Assembly (NCBI GenBank): GCA_017676145.1
Contig: GCA_017676145.1_3628.1
Strand: one strand, 5' to 3'
Origin: a phage
Length of the DNA: 64,000 nucleotides
Shown here piece after piece: positions 20,801-30,436 of this stretch. The notes under the pieces were generated by a model. It was not told where the DNA came from, did not search any database, and saw only the letters and a list, made by a program, of their open reading frames with translations. The position numbers and the translations under genes are program-made. The stretch's first letter is position 1. Each line of letters begins with the position of its first letter.

Positions 20801-21650
20801 AGTATGCACCAACCAGCAAACCATACTTACCAGCAACATAACTAAGGTCTGCACCGCAAGCTTTCAGCATTTCTGCCATAATACTTGCTGGGGCCTCATC
20901 CATGTCAAACTCACCGTTAATGGTGTAACGTCGCTCACTGGTGCCGTCAGCGTTTTTTACCGCCTCGTCGCATATGTTGGCAGCCTCCTTGAAGGACTCC
21001 CAGTTGATGGTTTCGTCAGGACATTTAAGGTACGTTCTTAAATAGTCTAGGATCACCAAGGCCGCGTTATTGGTATACACCTCTTTACTGGTGCGAGGAT
21101 CATAACATTTTTTACCAACCTTGATGAGTGTAACGTTTGGCAACCCAAAAGGAAACTTGTTAGGGTCAAACCTGAAGCTAACACGTAGCCAGCTGATCCC
21201 TCTACCTATCATGTCCGGTGACCACGATGGGCAGTGTGTGCCCATGAAAGGATCAGAGGTTTTTCTGTCGTTATGTAGCTCCCACGATACCAAATCTCCA
21301 TACGAAGAAATAGGATTACCGTCGATAAGTATATCTTCTATACCTTCTAGCGGGTGATTGGCAAGAACAATGGCACAATGGAGGGTTCTGTCTCTATCCT
21401 GCTCCAAAAACGCAAGCAATCCAGATGTGCGTGTCTTCCCATACACTACAGAGCAAGGTGCAGCAGAAGATCTGAGAAGCTTTTGTCTATCTTGCTGACT
21501 TCTGTAAGATTTGTTACCCTCGAAAATCTTATCCAGAGTTCTGGTGGTAACAGTGTTCAGACTGTCAGCCAGAGCTGCCTTGGATGCGTTCCAGTCATAG
21601 CTTGAAGATCTTGCAGAAGCAACGATGTTATCAATCATTGCAATTGGCAT
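17811..21650 (-). CDS. lambda gpJ-like host-specificity/central tail fibre protein (1279 aa)
   Basis: C-terminal half shares collinear blocks with lambda J recalled from memory (KYVAGIQLGMEG...NNFAVYNP vs HYVAGIGLSMED...NRIAFIDP; FN3-like GYFAITLIPH.../YYWYIRTTNAFGSS); central coiled-coil-like repeats. Confidence 0.7.
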   Translation of the reverse strand: MPIAMIDNIVASARSSSYDWNASKAALADSLNTVTTRTLDKIFEGNKSYRSQQDRQKLLRSSAAPCSVVYGKTRTSGLLAFLEQDRDRTLHCAIVLANHPLEGIEDILIDGNPISSYGDLVSWELHNDRKTSDPFMGTHCPSWSPDMIGRGISWLRVSFRFDPNKFPFGLPNVTLIKVGKKCYDPRTSKEVYTNNAALVILDYLRTYLKCPDETINWESFKEAANICDEAVKNADGTSERRYTINGEFDMDEAPASIMAEMLKACGADLSYVAGKYGLLVGAYYGPATMTLSEDCVCGEVKIYPEASFDKRSNTITGRFTSPTKGYSETDFPSVFVPEWIEKDGERKIIDIDYRFVTSPYQAQRVSAIFLRRARAGRIIEVTCNMRGFKFKPGRYVTMDLPSIGIVGQEMRVLEWEFTKKGGVKVKLRQDAKEWNDATGQLPDSGDVDIPISPSGVAQPQNFRYSVLQAGEVTHGVLAWDNVGTYAQNIVQVRKNGEIIWTAQTVEQFVRVEGLTKGSYTATVVATSYKGGVSPEAYCEFNIQAPEAPVSVEVKQGYFAITLIPHSRDLASVSTQYDFWTSGMTRLPDTSDATVTSKATRMGVGSTWTSEGLQNDKIYYWYIRTTNAFGSSQFVECAARCYTSIEDLMPQIDAEFKKTETYKELMSTLDSSIEEVENRVTELNKYMDGRVDEAFQQLGDRIGAVVTETTQKFEDVNGNITALDKKLVAAQNKFTNDLNTESGRLASLIETTNKATTDLLNKKTEALDEKLVAAKGELVEQIGGVESGYLAGDKTLDGKINTQRTELDASILSTNKATVDLLNRTSETLDQKISQTNATVSKNYATLDGKITTAKTDLNTLIANTNKATTDLLNQKTSALSEQITSARGEISTNKQAIADLDGKLTSTKTALDATISDTNKATVDLINGTASAIRQELAVAKQEIIDDVGDVSELRAAVATTSKAVTDLEGKVNAQWGTKIQVDSAGNKYVAGIQLGMEGSGGQVQSYFMVSANNFAVYNPGNGTATLAFAIKNNQAFLKDAFIENGTISSAKIAQEISSNNYDGNGYHKYGWYINKNGHAQFMDVWVKGNINASAGNFTGAVNATSGTFRGDVYANNGSFRGTIDATGGTFRGRVEASVIRANQFEGAIVAHRTYGDCAPVYNSQQRVCRWRWRYVDNVSGQGKNVTFFFKLNGTLASSQLNAWIAGHQILAGKKYFNDNNGMCAVGITGLGEQTIDIVIEIYTPWSTSSVTGVTISCPTVIVSRSNSSFQGPWNESHD

Positions 21651-22087
21651 TAATACCTCCAGACATCAACAACGATAGAATCTTTCATATCGAACGTAAA
21701 GATCCCTTTATCACCTTTCGCCCAAATCTGGTTGTTCCAGAACACACCAGCGGTGAGGCCGTTCAGACCTTCGAAAATAACAATATCGCCACGCTGAACC
21801 TGTTTAGGAGTATCCAGTCTAGTCAAAAAGAGATCAAAAATAGTAGGCAGGTGTGTGGTTTTGAAACGGAGCATGCACCATCTCTTGCTTTCCAACTCTG
21901 TTTTATACGTTCCTTCAAAGTTAGAAAGAAAATCTGTTCCGTATTGGGCATCAACACACTTAGCCGCAAAAGTGCAACAATCGTGGAATCCCCATTCAAA
22001 CGGGACGGTGGCTTCTTCGTCAAATACTTTCCACAATTTTTCTTGCCAGTCTACTAAACGAGGGTGTGTGCTCATTAAACCTCCCAA
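21650..22087 (-). CDS. tail-associated protein with Cys/His motif (145 aa), possible gpK-like peptidase-fold protein
   Basis: Immediately upstream of J-like gene with 1-nt overlap; HDCCTF motif; assignment tentative. Confidence 0.3.
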   Translation of the reverse strand: MGGLMSTHPRLVDWQEKLWKVFDEEATVPFEWGFHDCCTFAAKCVDAQYGTDFLSNFEGTYKTELESKRWCMLRFKTTHLPTIFDLFLTRLDTPKQVQRGDIVIFEGLNGLTAGVFWNNQIWAKGDKGIFTFDMKDSIVVDVWRY

Positions 22088-22641
22088 ATGATCGGGCGGC
22101 TCGCCACCTGATCCACATATTTAAAAAATCTGTCATTATCGTTTCTTGAGCTATGGCTTTCCTCTGTGTATCGGTAAGGAAAACCTCTTAACCAGCTGTT
22201 GAAGATGGAAGAGATGGATATGGACAAAGCACTATTCTCCCCTGTCTGAATAGCCATGTCCGTTATAAGGCCGTCAAACAAGCCATTAGTTGTAACAGGC
22301 AAACCATTCTCCATAGCGGTGATATACAACGTGGCACGGCAACCGGAATACTCAGTCTTCAGAAGATCACCTACATACTTGGGATCAAACCCGTTCAATG
22401 TTGCTACCACAGATCCGAAGTTGGTGGCATCTTTCTCAGACACAGCAGTCAATGTTGCTGATCCACCTATCCCTATAAAATGTTGCCCCTCAATAACCAC
22501 AACACCAGTTCCTGAGCACACCCTGACAGTCCCTGTTGGCAGCTCTAGCTTTGCAGCAATTAAGATCTCAACACCATCAAGCTCTAGCTTTTCAAGAAAT
22601 AAATTATCTAATGGCGCTCTTATCATCTTAGAAATCCTCAA
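22075..22641 (-). CDS. tail protein (188 aa), unassigned
   Basis: Overlapping, co-oriented ORF in tail tip gene block. Confidence 0.35.
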   Translation of the reverse strand: MRISKMIRAPLDNLFLEKLELDGVEILIAAKLELPTGTVRVCSGTGVVVIEGQHFIGIGGSATLTAVSEKDATNFGSVVATLNGFDPKYVGDLLKTEYSGCRATLYITAMENGLPVTTNGLFDGLITDMAIQTGENSALSISISSIFNSWLRGFPYRYTEESHSSRNDNDRFFKYVDQVASRPIIWEV

Positions 22642-23218
22642 AGAAGTTGATAACTATATTGTCACCTTTCTGCATAGCATCAACCTTTTGCTTAATTTTA
22701 TAAAGATCTCGGATATGAAATCTACCCTTCGGAGATTGAGTTATTATTTTCATGGTATCCCCTGCGGCAATGGGTTTCCTAAGTCTTGGGGATATGTTTA
22801 TAACAGCGGCCCCAACACCATCACTTCGTACTGAGGCTGTCACCACTTTCAACTCATCATTGACAGATATTTTATCTCCAGCTCTGGCTATATCCCTGTT
22901 AGGCTCCCAACCAACCGTCTTCAAAAAATCGTCGTTACCAGTCGGTCCTAGAGCGATTGGCTCATTGGAGGTCACTGAATGCCCATAAGCCTTGATAAGA
23001 AAAATGTTTCCATCTTTGTAAACCTGATCAACAAAACTTTTAAGCTCTAACAACTGAGACTCGCTGATATTGGAAACCGTCAAAGTGCCTTTCCAATTAG
23101 GTGTGGCATAGGTTACTTTTTGCGTTTTACCTGTAAACGGGCTTTTAAACGTAACAATATCTGCCAACAACTCCAATCTAATGTCTGGAAGGTATCTAGG
23201 CCTTTCCCATAAAAACAT
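22628..23218 (-). CDS. tail protein (196 aa), unassigned
   Basis: Overlapping, co-oriented ORF in tail tip gene block. Confidence 0.35.
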   Translation of the reverse strand: MFLWERPRYLPDIRLELLADIVTFKSPFTGKTQKVTYATPNWKGTLTVSNISESQLLELKSFVDQVYKDGNIFLIKAYGHSVTSNEPIALGPTGNDDFLKTVGWEPNRDIARAGDKISVNDELKVVTASVRSDGVGAAVINISPRLRKPIAAGDTMKIITQSPKGRFHIRDLYKIKQKVDAMQKGDNIVINFFEDF

Positions 23219-23281
23219 TGTGCCTCCAGGTTAAACAATCATGATAATTATTTTACCAGATTTTAAGTTAATACGCAATAT

Positions 23282-23310
23282 AAACAAAAAGCCCCCGCCG
23301 AAGCGAGGGC
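23282..23310 (-). terminator. rho-independent terminator
   Basis: On minus strand GCCCTCGC-ttcg-GCGGGGGC hairpin followed by TTTTTGTTT, directly after stop of 23318..27124 gene. Confidence 0.65.
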
Positions 23311-23317
23311 AAAACAG

Positions 23318-26300
23318 TTACTTCAATTTTCCTTGTAACTCGGTGACAACCTCTGTCAATTTTTTAACCTGTTCCTCAAGGGAGGTTATTCTATCATCTT
23401 GTTCTCTGCAAACCTGAACAAGCAATCCTGTTACAGCAGCATAGTCAACATTATAGAATCTTTCCTCGGTCATCAGAGGAATACCATCTTGAGTAGGACC
23501 AGGAACCTCTTTCCTTTTCACGAAAGAACCAACCGCTTCAGGTAATGCTTCCATAACCTCTTGAGCAATTACCCCCGCGTGAGGCATACCATTCTCTTTT
23601 AGAGTGTAGGTATAGCCTTTCATCTTACGGATAGCTTCCAGCGCGTTAGGAATAACCTCTATGTTATCCTTCAGGTCACGGTCAGAGCTCTGGCTGACAG
23701 CAGTGCACTCTACTACGCCGTTAACAGCAAGGTACCTTGACTTGGCCTCATCTGTCTTAGCACCACAATGCCATACCCAACTGGCAGATGTAGCGTTGTC
23801 GTTTATCTGGAACTCAAGCACGTTCTTCCTGTCTGCGCCATTACCCCAGTAGTACATTCTGCCTGTATTAGAAGGCATGTTGGAAGTGTTGGTAACATCA
23901 GTCCCACCACCTGTATGTATCATGAACTCCGGGTCAAGATTGGAGCCTGCGGTTTTAAGAGTAATTCCCTTACCACCAAGCTGCTGCCAAGGTCCCCATG
24001 TGAAAACACTACCTATTGTTGTTCCATAACGCAGGAATTTTTCCCCAAGATATGATATATACTCCTGTACGCAACTCTCTGGAACATTGGCGTAGTTCCT
24101 GTACACTATAAGCGTACCTGCTCGGGAGCATGGGTAGTTTCTATCAGGTGTGGCTTGAGCATTGGCCTCCTGATGATAAAAACCTTCCCTATCCCCTTTA
24201 TAGTCGTTAAGGTCATTAACCCCCAGACCTTGCCCTCTGTGTTGTATGACCTTGTTCCACGCTCTATGGTTACCACCCTCGATAGACCTGGTGTATAACT
24301 GATCAAGGCGACCAGCCATTTGGAAAGCATAGTTCCCAGAAAAAGCCACAGACAGTCCACCAACAACCATCGAACCTTCTGGTCCGTTGACGTTGCCAGC
24401 CATTATTTTGGACGGGTTATTAGGCCCAAACTGGTTGTTCCAGTCTGCACCAGTGTGGCATACAAAACCACCAGGAGCTGAGAAAGTGCCATCTTTGTTG
24501 AAGTTGTAGAATCTGTGAGCAGAACCTACAACATCACGAACAATAACTTGACCAGCCTCTGGAGTAGATCTGAACTCTGCCTGTCCTTGCAGTCTTGCGC
24601 CATTACCGCATTTAGAGGTAAAGGTATTGTTGATCAGATCCTCTGTTCCTTCCGATGCAGCTTGGAACCCTGCGTTAGAGAACAGTGCTTTTCTAGTGGT
24701 TTGGCTACCCGGGCAAATGTAGTTAAGACCGTTGTACCACATCTCTACAGGGGGCATTTCTGTCTTACTCATCAGAACCATTCGGTCAGGTGTGCCTATA
24801 TAGTGCCGATCTGTACTACCGCCTGTATAGAACCCAGGTGTTCCCTTGAACTCCGCAAGAGTCCTAGTGTTTGTTACATCATCACCTTTAATTGCAAGGC
24901 TTAAATTATCCGACGCAAGAGGGGCGCAAAACTTGACACCATCTTGGTTATTAGTAACATTTCCTACCTGCCAGTCATTTTCTCTGGTAAATACCTCAAG
25001 AACGTTTCTGCTTGTGTAGACACTGACAGGGAAAGCACGCGACTCAACATAGAATGCAACATACTCCTGCTTTCCTCTGGTTGGGGATACACATCCAAGA
25101 ATTGCTTTCTCGTTTTGGTAGAAATTAATAACCCCTTGGAAAGAATCCCCTCTGTCTGTCCACCCACCGGTTCTATAGTGACACTGTAAGGTCGCACAGT
25201 TCATAGGGTCACTGCCAGATGACGATCTGGTAACTATAGTAATATCAGTACCAGTTGTGGGCGCATAGTATGGATCTGTTCTAACGATGATTGGGTAGTA
25301 TTTCCCATCTTCCATTCCTGCAGTTCTTGGCAGTGTTAAGAAATCTTTTACGCCTGCCGCTACAGGAACTTTGAACAGATTCTGAGCATCTGCTAAAGTT
25401 GTAGCTCCAGTGCCACCTGCGGCCTGAGGTAAAGGTTCCCACTTGGCCTTCCGGTTGTTATAAACACCCCATTCCAGAGTACCATTACCGGACTCATCCA
25501 TCCCTCCATCCCAGACGACCATCTTGGCGGCTTTCTTGGAACCCCAGAATCCTCTTTCTGCCCCTGAACTACGAATCCATTCTCCAAGTCCCCAGTTTGT
25601 CAGCTGACCAGTGAGATCCCCGACCTGCATGTACTTAGGACAATCTAATACACCATCTTCACGGAATCCTAAATACCGATGAGTTTCAGATCCTTTTGCG
25701 CCTTTGTGCAGGTGGACTGTTAACCAAGTCTTATTGTCGTTTCTTACCTCGGAGTAGATCCTATACCCATGCTCAAGGACACCGTCAGCACTGTATTTGT
25801 CCCCGTTAACAATACCTGATGCCGACTTAACATCAGCAGAGCTTTGAGACAGGTAAAGGTGCCCGAAGGTAGGGGAATTTCTAGACCCAAGACCGATGTG
25901 CGATCTAAAAGTATCATCGTTACGAGGTCTGACCATTGGCTGCCATGCAGTCCACTGGTTTGTGTTGGCCTGATAGGTTCTTAAATACCAAACATCTACG
26001 TTAGAGAATGGATAGTATTCCTGACGACAGCCAGTGCCACCGTTAGCATTGTTCTGCCAAACAATCAAGTGACCAGCACCAGAACCTGCAGGATAACCAT
26101 TTGCCTCAGTTGCATTAGCTGTCATCGGCTGGTAGTATATGCCGTCCTGATTACCAGTCAAGTTATTGATATTGAAATTTGCCTCAAGGGCTGCACGTTG
26201 CTTATAGAAAGCACCGATATTGATACGGACTCCAGCGGCATCTCTGGCTCCTGTACCGCCTTGCTCTATAGCAAGAGGTTGCCACGAGGCTGTTTGCTGG

Positions 26301-27124
26301 TTCCACATACCCCAACGGCCTGTTGCATCAAGCTGCAAGTACCCTGCCGTGTTTAAATCATCTCCAGCACGGATAACTGTTCTTGTTGGGTTGTTTGCCT
26401 CCAGGCGTTTAAATTCATCACGAAGTGCTATTCTTTTTGTTGTTGCTACACCGTTGGTTACTGCAATGGTATACATGGCTCCAGAGGTAGCGCCACGGAA
26501 AATACCATCAACAGTCGTAGTATCACGACGAGATACCACACCGTTCAAAAATTTTTCACCAGCTGCTTCAGAGGGGTAGTTAGTAGTTCTTCCCTCTTCA
26601 ATAACTGCAGGACCAACAAAGTTGACAAGGTGAATAACATCGCCTACAGTATGCACTGTACCAAAATCTACCCGCTGTGCAAGTGCTTTAGCATCGTTGG
26701 CTGTCTGAACCGTAACATCCATTACATCCTGGACAGACTGCCCTTCGGCTGTCATGATCATAGATGCGCCAATGGTAGACTCCAACTCCTCCCTTAAGGA
26801 CGGGTCTGTATATACCATCCATGCAGCATCAGTAATCCCACCATCAGAGTACGGTGAAGACAGTGCAGGCACAGTGTGTGGAAATTCGCCTTTCCAACGC
26901 AGGTAGAGGTCTTCCTCTTCGAAGTAGGCAAAATCCATTGGGCCGTTTAACTTACCACCTTCCTTAAAGGAGATTACATGAGAAACAGTCCCATCCACAT
27001 GGACAACATCGCCAATTTTTACACGACGGGTCAGGTCTGGTTGTTGAACAACCAGGTAATCATCCTCTGTCACTGCGGTAGTGGCAGGAAGAGATTCAAT
27101 TCTGACAACTTTAATATCAGCCAT
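23318..27124 (-). CDS. tail fibre/tailspike protein (1268 aa)
   Basis: Large ORF; N-terminal domain homologous to N-terminus of 29759..30427 product (DD[YF]LVV.Q.D.TR..KI.DVV...EGG.L...DFAY); coiled-coil terminus. Confidence 0.5.
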   Translation of the reverse strand: MADIKVVRIESLPATTAVTEDDYLVVQQPDLTRRVKIGDVVHVDGTVSHVISFKEGGKLNGPMDFAYFEEEDLYLRWKGEFPHTVPALSSPYSDGGITDAAWMVYTDPSLREELESTIGASMIMTAEGQSVQDVMDVTVQTANDAKALAQRVDFGTVHTVGDVIHLVNFVGPAVIEEGRTTNYPSEAAGEKFLNGVVSRRDTTTVDGIFRGATSGAMYTIAVTNGVATTKRIALRDEFKRLEANNPTRTVIRAGDDLNTAGYLQLDATGRWGMWNQQTASWQPLAIEQGGTGARDAAGVRINIGAFYKQRAALEANFNINNLTGNQDGIYYQPMTANATEANGYPAGSGAGHLIVWQNNANGGTGCRQEYYPFSNVDVWYLRTYQANTNQWTAWQPMVRPRNDDTFRSHIGLGSRNSPTFGHLYLSQSSADVKSASGIVNGDKYSADGVLEHGYRIYSEVRNDNKTWLTVHLHKGAKGSETHRYLGFREDGVLDCPKYMQVGDLTGQLTNWGLGEWIRSSGAERGFWGSKKAAKMVVWDGGMDESGNGTLEWGVYNNRKAKWEPLPQAAGGTGATTLADAQNLFKVPVAAGVKDFLTLPRTAGMEDGKYYPIIVRTDPYYAPTTGTDITIVTRSSSGSDPMNCATLQCHYRTGGWTDRGDSFQGVINFYQNEKAILGCVSPTRGKQEYVAFYVESRAFPVSVYTSRNVLEVFTRENDWQVGNVTNNQDGVKFCAPLASDNLSLAIKGDDVTNTRTLAEFKGTPGFYTGGSTDRHYIGTPDRMVLMSKTEMPPVEMWYNGLNYICPGSQTTRKALFSNAGFQAASEGTEDLINNTFTSKCGNGARLQGQAEFRSTPEAGQVIVRDVVGSAHRFYNFNKDGTFSAPGGFVCHTGADWNNQFGPNNPSKIMAGNVNGPEGSMVVGGLSVAFSGNYAFQMAGRLDQLYTRSIEGGNHRAWNKVIQHRGQGLGVNDLNDYKGDREGFYHQEANAQATPDRNYPCSRAGTLIVYRNYANVPESCVQEYISYLGEKFLRYGTTIGSVFTWGPWQQLGGKGITLKTAGSNLDPEFMIHTGGGTDVTNTSNMPSNTGRMYYWGNGADRKNVLEFQINDNATSASWVWHCGAKTDEAKSRYLAVNGVVECTAVSQSSDRDLKDNIEVIPNALEAIRKMKGYTYTLKENGMPHAGVIAQEVMEALPEAVGSFVKRKEVPGPTQDGIPLMTEERFYNVDYAAVTGLLVQVCREQDDRITSLEEQVKKLTEVVTELQGKLK

Positions 27125-27159
27125 TCTTTCTCCTGAAAGGGGGCAAACAGCCCCCTATG

Positions 27160-29757
27160 TTAAAGGTACAATCCACGGTATTGAGCATAAAGTCCCAGAC
27201 CGCGAAGGATTTCGCCAGAGTGATAGCCTACCGGATCAGAAACTGCCCAGCAGCCGTTTAAAACATTATCCCCGTTAATGAAGTGGTGCTTTTGCAGTAA
27301 CTTCACACAGGCTTCTACAACAATATCTATTTGAGGTATTGTCTCTGAATACCCGCAAAGACCTAGCCAGCAGCAACCTGCAAGCCATTCACCTACCACC
27401 CACATCCTGTCACCTCTGTCTTGATAAGAATATCCTCCTGAGGTGTTAAAGTCTGTAGGGAGATTTCCGGAATGAGATGACTGGAATCTGTTGAGGAACC
27501 ATGCCCATTTCTGGCAGAACAGGAACAGTCTTTCGTCAACAGGTTCTTTATGTTTCTTAAGCTCATATAGTGTGCGGCACGCAGCAACAAAGGCTCTTGA
27601 TTGGAGTTTAGAGTTATCTACCATCTCCCACCAACCAGTCAACCCTTCATTACCCCTCTGCCATACGTAGCGGGATGCAACTGGTCCTTCTGTTTTAAAT
27701 GTGTTATTATACCAAACTTGGGAGTCGTACATAAATCCAATTGTATTTGCCAATCTTTGACGATCTATGTTTTCCGCACCCATACAGTAGACTACCGGAT
27801 ATTGCATTCCGGGATAGGGCCAATTTGGCCTTTCCTCTAGAAGATAATTTTCCTTATCTATCACCTTTCCGGCAGGGAACACACCTGGAGTGTGTCTGTA
27901 TGCGCCTTGCTTGTAGTTTCTGACATAGCAATCACCAACCTTGGCGGTTGATTCTGTCTTGCTTGCCATCCATACACTAAACCAGATCAGATAAGCATCC
28001 CTATCTGCAACATAAAATTGCGGCAGCGTGTTGACGCAATACAGATCGAACAAGCCATTACCTATCTGCCTGTCGCTCAGACTGAAATCTACAGAGGTAA
28101 TTCCTTTAGGGTTGGCAAAGAAAGGTTTAATCTCATCTTCTGTGTGATGAGGTTGTGTTGGATCTAGTTTAAAATCACCTAGGGTAAGAGTTTCTGTTAT
28201 CCATTGTCCGTTAGTGGCATATAGATCAGCATACCATAACCAACGGTCTTTGTCAAGAAATTTGACCCTTACCATCTCATCATCTGATCGATAAGTTACT
28301 GAATTTAAAGAAATCTCTCTTCCAAAATTGAAAGTTACTTTGCCTCTTACTATGTTGCAACGGGTGAAGTTGTCGGAGTGGTTGTAAATGTCGGTATCAT
28401 ACTGCATACTAACACTAGCGCCACCGCTTACGGCAATGTTTTCCTCTTTTGGCAAGAGATACGGGTTACCGTCTTTACCAACCACCTCTACGAAATCAGT
28501 AACTTTGGCAACTGTCTCTGTTACTTCTGACCCTCCAAAAGGGACCCCTATCCTATACTGTTTTTTGTTATTGTTGCCATCATTAAGGATGAAATGTGGC
28601 TGGAACAGAACCCCCTCTCCTCCGAAATTCATAACAATTTCAGCATCTCTGCCTATCTTGTATGTAGTCCCTTTTTGGATTATTTCGCAAGGCTGGCGTG
28701 CGTTCATTCTAAAATTGATATACCCGTCGCTGTCCCTACTCATGACAGGAACTGTTCCTGCAACGAGACAAGTACCATCTGTGAACGGTGCCTTAATCAA
28801 CGTGGTCTTTCTAAACAACTTGTCGTAGGCATTTATATCACTGAAATTAAGCAACTTGTTGTAAGACTGTTTAAACGCGGTGTAATACTTTTCCTCGCCT
28901 GTCAAAGTGTAGAGTTGATAACAAGCGTCACACCACATTTCTTCCCCGTCCAACTCTGGGGCTTGATTGTCTGCAACCACATTTATAGGGTTTACAATTA
29001 CAGGGGATCCAGCAGGTATCACCGATCCACCCTGCTCTTGTGGCAATCTCACACAGTAGGTTACCTTGTGGCTGCCTGTAACACCCTTATCCTGCAGTTG
29101 GATTGTGCCGAACTCTGCAGACGTATGACCACTGTCGGCTATGCTACCGTTGGCCCAATAGCGGTTACCATCCCATGCTATATACCACTCAACCCACCAA
29201 CTTAATCCAGATGTTGTCCAATTTGGGTTAGCATCCGTGCCGCCGTAAACATCAGAGTCTACAGTGTTTCTTCCTAGCACACCGTTATACGCTTGAAATG
29301 CCTTGTCTAGGTATTCACCCCATGTCGGAGATCCAGCTGGGATTTTTCCTCTACCATTGGTAAAAGACACCACTACATCTTTAAACCCACCATGTGATGG
29401 GACCCCGTCTGTAGATAATGGGTAGTGGGACAATCTTTGCATTTTACTTTCTACTGCATATGCACCCAGAAGATGACTGTTGTAGGCTTCCCAGGCTTCT
29501 TTGGCCCTATCTAGATAAAAATCGCTTTTCGATGCCCTGTATGCTTCAATGTATCCCAGAATCAACACAGCCTGAGCTTCATGCATTGCCCAATCATTAT
29601 TTATCTTACTCCCTGACCAACCTGACGCTATAAGTCCATCCTGGTTTACCAGCTTGTTCTGCGTGGAGAGATTGGTAATGCCTGTGTTATTATCGAGGCA
29701 CTTCCTGTGCCCCTCAATCATCTGAAATACGTTATCAATGTTGTGTTGAATACGCAT
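27160..29757 (-). CDS. tailspike-like virion protein (865 aa)
   Basis: Large Trp/Tyr/Asn-rich ORF in fibre block; possible glycosidase-type tailspike, unverified. Confidence 0.4.
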   Translation of the reverse strand: MRIQHNIDNVFQMIEGHRKCLDNNTGITNLSTQNKLVNQDGLIASGWSGSKINNDWAMHEAQAVLILGYIEAYRASKSDFYLDRAKEAWEAYNSHLLGAYAVESKMQRLSHYPLSTDGVPSHGGFKDVVVSFTNGRGKIPAGSPTWGEYLDKAFQAYNGVLGRNTVDSDVYGGTDANPNWTTSGLSWWVEWYIAWDGNRYWANGSIADSGHTSAEFGTIQLQDKGVTGSHKVTYCVRLPQEQGGSVIPAGSPVIVNPINVVADNQAPELDGEEMWCDACYQLYTLTGEEKYYTAFKQSYNKLLNFSDINAYDKLFRKTTLIKAPFTDGTCLVAGTVPVMSRDSDGYINFRMNARQPCEIIQKGTTYKIGRDAEIVMNFGGEGVLFQPHFILNDGNNNKKQYRIGVPFGGSEVTETVAKVTDFVEVVGKDGNPYLLPKEENIAVSGGASVSMQYDTDIYNHSDNFTRCNIVRGKVTFNFGREISLNSVTYRSDDEMVRVKFLDKDRWLWYADLYATNGQWITETLTLGDFKLDPTQPHHTEDEIKPFFANPKGITSVDFSLSDRQIGNGLFDLYCVNTLPQFYVADRDAYLIWFSVWMASKTESTAKVGDCYVRNYKQGAYRHTPGVFPAGKVIDKENYLLEERPNWPYPGMQYPVVYCMGAENIDRQRLANTIGFMYDSQVWYNNTFKTEGPVASRYVWQRGNEGLTGWWEMVDNSKLQSRAFVAACRTLYELKKHKEPVDERLFLFCQKWAWFLNRFQSSHSGNLPTDFNTSGGYSYQDRGDRMWVVGEWLAGCCWLGLCGYSETIPQIDIVVEACVKLLQKHHFINGDNVLNGCWAVSDPVGYHSGEILRGLGLYAQYRGLYL

Positions 29758-29758
29758 C

Positions 29759-30427
29759 TTAGATAGCTCCTGCTATAATCAGTGCCCCGTACCAAGTTAA
29801 CCCGTTGTCGTAGGTTTCTAACTTGAAAATATCTGTTGCACCAGCTGTAAATGTTAGGATAGGATCTCTTCCGTATGCCCATTTAACATTATCAGGCCAA
29901 TAGACTTTGTTACCGCCAGAGGTCTGAGTAATGCATACGGTTATAGTTCTCGCTACCCCTTCAAGACCTTCTGTCTGATTTTCAAAAGAGATTGTGGTAT
30001 TTGAAGTTAGTCGAACTTTAAAAGTGTCCGCAACTTCAAGATCCATATCAAGCTGACCACCAATAGATCCGTAATCAACTATTCTGCCAGAAGAAGTTGC
30101 AGCAAGCTCCCCAAAAACAGACCAGGCTTTTGCAGACACACCCCCAGCACCCTCTACAGTAGAGTCTGGGAGGATTATTTTAGGATAATCCCCGTTCCAC
30201 GTGTAGTAGCGCTTAGTTTCTGGATCATAAGCAAAGTCCTTCTTGCTCTTAAGATAACCACCCTCTGTGAAATAGACTATCTTAGTAATGCTAAGATCGT
30301 TGACAACATCGTCAATCTTAGCCTTTCTTGTCCCATCAGTCTGGTTGACAACCAAGAAGTCATCACTCAGGACTGTTTCTGCATCTTCAAGATCTGGAAT
30401 TGGTATTGTAGGATAAGCTACAGCCAT
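29759..30427 (-). CDS. fibre-anchor domain protein (222 aa)
   Basis: N-terminus shares the conserved attachment-like domain with the 1268-aa fibre. Confidence 0.4.
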   Translation of the reverse strand: MAVAYPTIPIPDLEDAETVLSDDFLVVNQTDGTRKAKIDDVVNDLSITKIVYFTEGGYLKSKKDFAYDPETKRYYTWNGDYPKIILPDSTVEGAGGVSAKAWSVFGELAATSSGRIVDYGSIGGQLDMDLEVADTFKVRLTSNTTISFENQTEGLEGVARTITVCITQTSGGNKVYWPDNVKWAYGRDPILTFTAGATDIFKLETYDNGLTWYGALIIAGAI

Positions 30428-30436
30428 GATTTCTCC

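Noticed and set aside
18153-21605. Plus-strand ORFs inside the J-like gene (18153..18635, 19210..19524, 20229..20543, 21354..21605)
   Set aside because: Antisense shadow ORFs of a well-supported long coding region.
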